In this document: positions 63,616-64,000 of the stretch, piece after piece
How positions within the stretch are numbered: position 1 is the first letter of the stretch
Layout of the letters: each line of letters opens with the position of its first letter
Origin: a virus
IMG/VR virus record: IMGVR_UViG_3300048997_000130
Location: 132,677-196,676 of that record
Length of the DNA stretch: 64,000 bases
Strand: one strand, 5' to 3'
Program-made: the position numbers and the translations under genes
Notes under the pieces: model-generated
Seen by the model: only the letters and a program-made list of their open reading frames with translations
What the model was told of the DNA's origin: nothing
The model's database searches: none

Positions 63616-63947
63616 AAAAAATTATAGAAATATCTGATTTAAATTCGGATTCTATCCTATTTTTGCGACAACAAGCCATTGGTCATTTGCAAGTCAATAC
63701 TGATCTGTGGAATAAATGTGACAAATCATTTAAATATCTTGTAAAAAGTAAAAATTATCATTATGCAGTAACTTATAAAAATATTATATCTAGATATCGG
63801 ATGATGGTCTGCGATTTAATTGAACGTGATATTCAAGTCATAATCCATAAACATCCTGTAATGACTATTTTCTTTATATTTCCTGATAGTAATACTGCCA
63901 AAATCGCTCTACAAGAATCATTAATTGTCCATATTATGGAATCATGA
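63612..63947 (+). CDS. hypothetical protein, tag family
   Basis: Ends IFPDSNTAKIALQESLIVHIMES; ATGA-coupled to a further ORF that runs off the window. Confidence 0.7.
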   Translation: MKKIIEISDLNSDSILFLRQQAIGHLQVNTDLWNKCDKSFKYLVKSKNYHYAVTYKNIISRYRMMVCDLIERDIQVIIHKHPVMTIFFIFPDSNTAKIALQESLIVHIMES

Positions 63948-64000
63948 AATTTGAAGTATTGATAGAAATTAACAATAAACCATTACGTCTCAATTGGTTT

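Noticed and set aside
8720-63947. Gene-end DNA (ATTATGGAATC) resembling the CRISPR handle (ATTATTGGAATC), or acting as a recombination site or SD
   Set aside because: Synonymous codon variation and D/E/N/Q substitutions show peptide-level conservation. The motif also occurs where no gene follows closely, so the DNA resemblance looks coincidental.
1-64000. Alternative genetic code (stop-codon reassignment), as in some jumbo phages
   Set aside because: TAA, TAG and TGA all terminate well-formed, densely packed genes under code 11.

Overview
AT-rich, gene-dense segment that looks like part of a jumbo bacteriophage genome: about 110 mostly small, often stop/start-coupled ORFs, seven intact-looking tRNA genes and a LAGLIDADG homing endonuclease. 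There are no ribosomal or housekeeping operons, and the standard genetic code fits. The host may be a GC-rich bacterium such as Myxococcota (inference from a secreted protein with a CxDGxDNDGD repeat and from GC-rich spacers). Main discovery (49000-58621): a type I-C-derived CRISPR-Cas locus with cas5c, a cas8c split into Cas8c-N plus a free-standing cas11, and cas7c. No cas1/2/4 or HD-nuclease cas3 is present in the window. Their place is taken by an HD-less SF2 helicase translationally coupled to a possible SAM-methyltransferase-fold protein. The adjacent array has 7 full 37-38 nt repeats and then continues for about 2.4 kb as roughly 50 compact units that mostly keep only the 3' handle (ATTGGAAT/ATTGAAAT). 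Second major signal: 36 otherwise diverse ORFs end in a shared peptide tag [VIT]-M-x-x-stop (often IMES/VMES) that is conserved at the protein level. Other notable items: a phage YcaO, a CCA-enzyme-type HD protein lacking its NTase head, a macrodomain, a MoxR/VWA pair, a MazG-like enzyme, a tRNA-Lys nested inside a split tRNA-Lys, an atypical tRNA-Ile(UAU), and a terminator/antiterminator switch upstream of the tRNA cluster. All family calls come from motif recognition by eye; no searches were run.
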